This document shows positions 63,744 to 64,000 of a stretch of DNA of 64,000 nt, one piece after another. The translations under genes and the position numbers were made by a program. Every line of letters starts with the position of its first letter. Position 1 is the stretch's first letter. The notes under the pieces are model-generated. The model was not told the DNA's origin and did not search any database. It saw nothing but the letters and a program-made list of their open reading frames with translations. The DNA is from an uncultured Gemmatimonadaceae bacterium (GTDB taxonomy: Bacteria; Gemmatimonadota; Gemmatimonadetes; Gemmatimonadales; Gemmatimonadaceae), in the NCBI GenBank assembly GCA_963817955.1, contig CAWFQK010000004.1:480001-544000 (forward strand), written 5' to 3'.

Positions 63744-64000
63744 TCAGCGAACCGCGCCCGGATGGAACAGGCGCGCAAGGGCGACCGCCGACGCGCCAAG
63801 CTGTACCGACGGCCGCGTCACCTGGTCCTGATCGTACACGAGGACATGCCCCGCGCGCACTGCCGGAATGGTTTGCCAACTCGCGGTTGTACGCATTTTC
63901 AGCGGGCCGTCGCCCGCCGAGAGCACGACGTCGGGATTGCGGCGCACCACATCCTCGAGCGCGACGACGACAGAGGGTGTCTTCACCGCCGCGTAGATAT
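63744..64000 (-). CDS. Periplasmic substrate-binding protein (BtuF-like), 3' part only
   Basis: VALEDVVRRNPDVV..W.TIPAVRAGHV..RPS..LARLFHP. Runs off the window end. Confidence 0.8.
   Translation of the reverse strand, partial: IYAAVKTPSVVVALEDVVRRNPDVVLSAGDGPLKMRTTASWQTIPAVRAGHVLVYDQDQVTRPSVQLGASAVALARLFHPGAVR

Overview
GC-rich bacterial chromosome window. Gene order and the GroEL/RpsT sequences suggest Gemmatimonadota (inference). Many single-base indels, probably long-read consensus errors, break conserved genes. The window has four zones. (1) 1-11.8 kb is the distal part of an integron cassette array on the + strand, with no intI in the window. It has six complete attC-type sites plus three truncated ones. 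The cassettes encode DUF2971-like, UDG-superfamily, HNH, DUF6883/DUF4926, DUF3303 and DUF4386 proteins. An IS3-family element, an IS21 element (6-bp target duplication) and a ~500-bp IS91-like remnant sit inside the array. A 21-bp tandem repeat tract follows it. (2) 12.8-40.5 kb is core genome: groEL/groES with a perfect CIRCE, coaX, birA, uppP, bshA, miaA, mutL, the moxR-DUF58-bat cluster, rluB, scpBA, an M50 protease, rpsT, a class II aldolase, pyrC-pyrB-pyrR and a hybrid histidine kinase. (3) 40.5-53.9 kb is accessory DNA. A decayed SpoIIM/DUF95 and small-membrane-protein islet comes first. Then comes a ~9.6-kb capsid-less, PICI-like phage satellite with a tyrosine integrase, Xis-like HTH, primase-helicase, iteron cluster, serine recombinase, Cro-like repressor with operators, and small terminase. 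It is integrated in tRNA-Ser(GGA) and duplicates the 5' half of the tRNA, so the intact tRNA is separated from its native promoter and lies 14 bp behind the integrase stop codon. (4) 54-64 kb is core genome again: tRNA-Ser(CGA), tadA, clpB, selB, recO and a BtuB/BtuCDF-type uptake operon.
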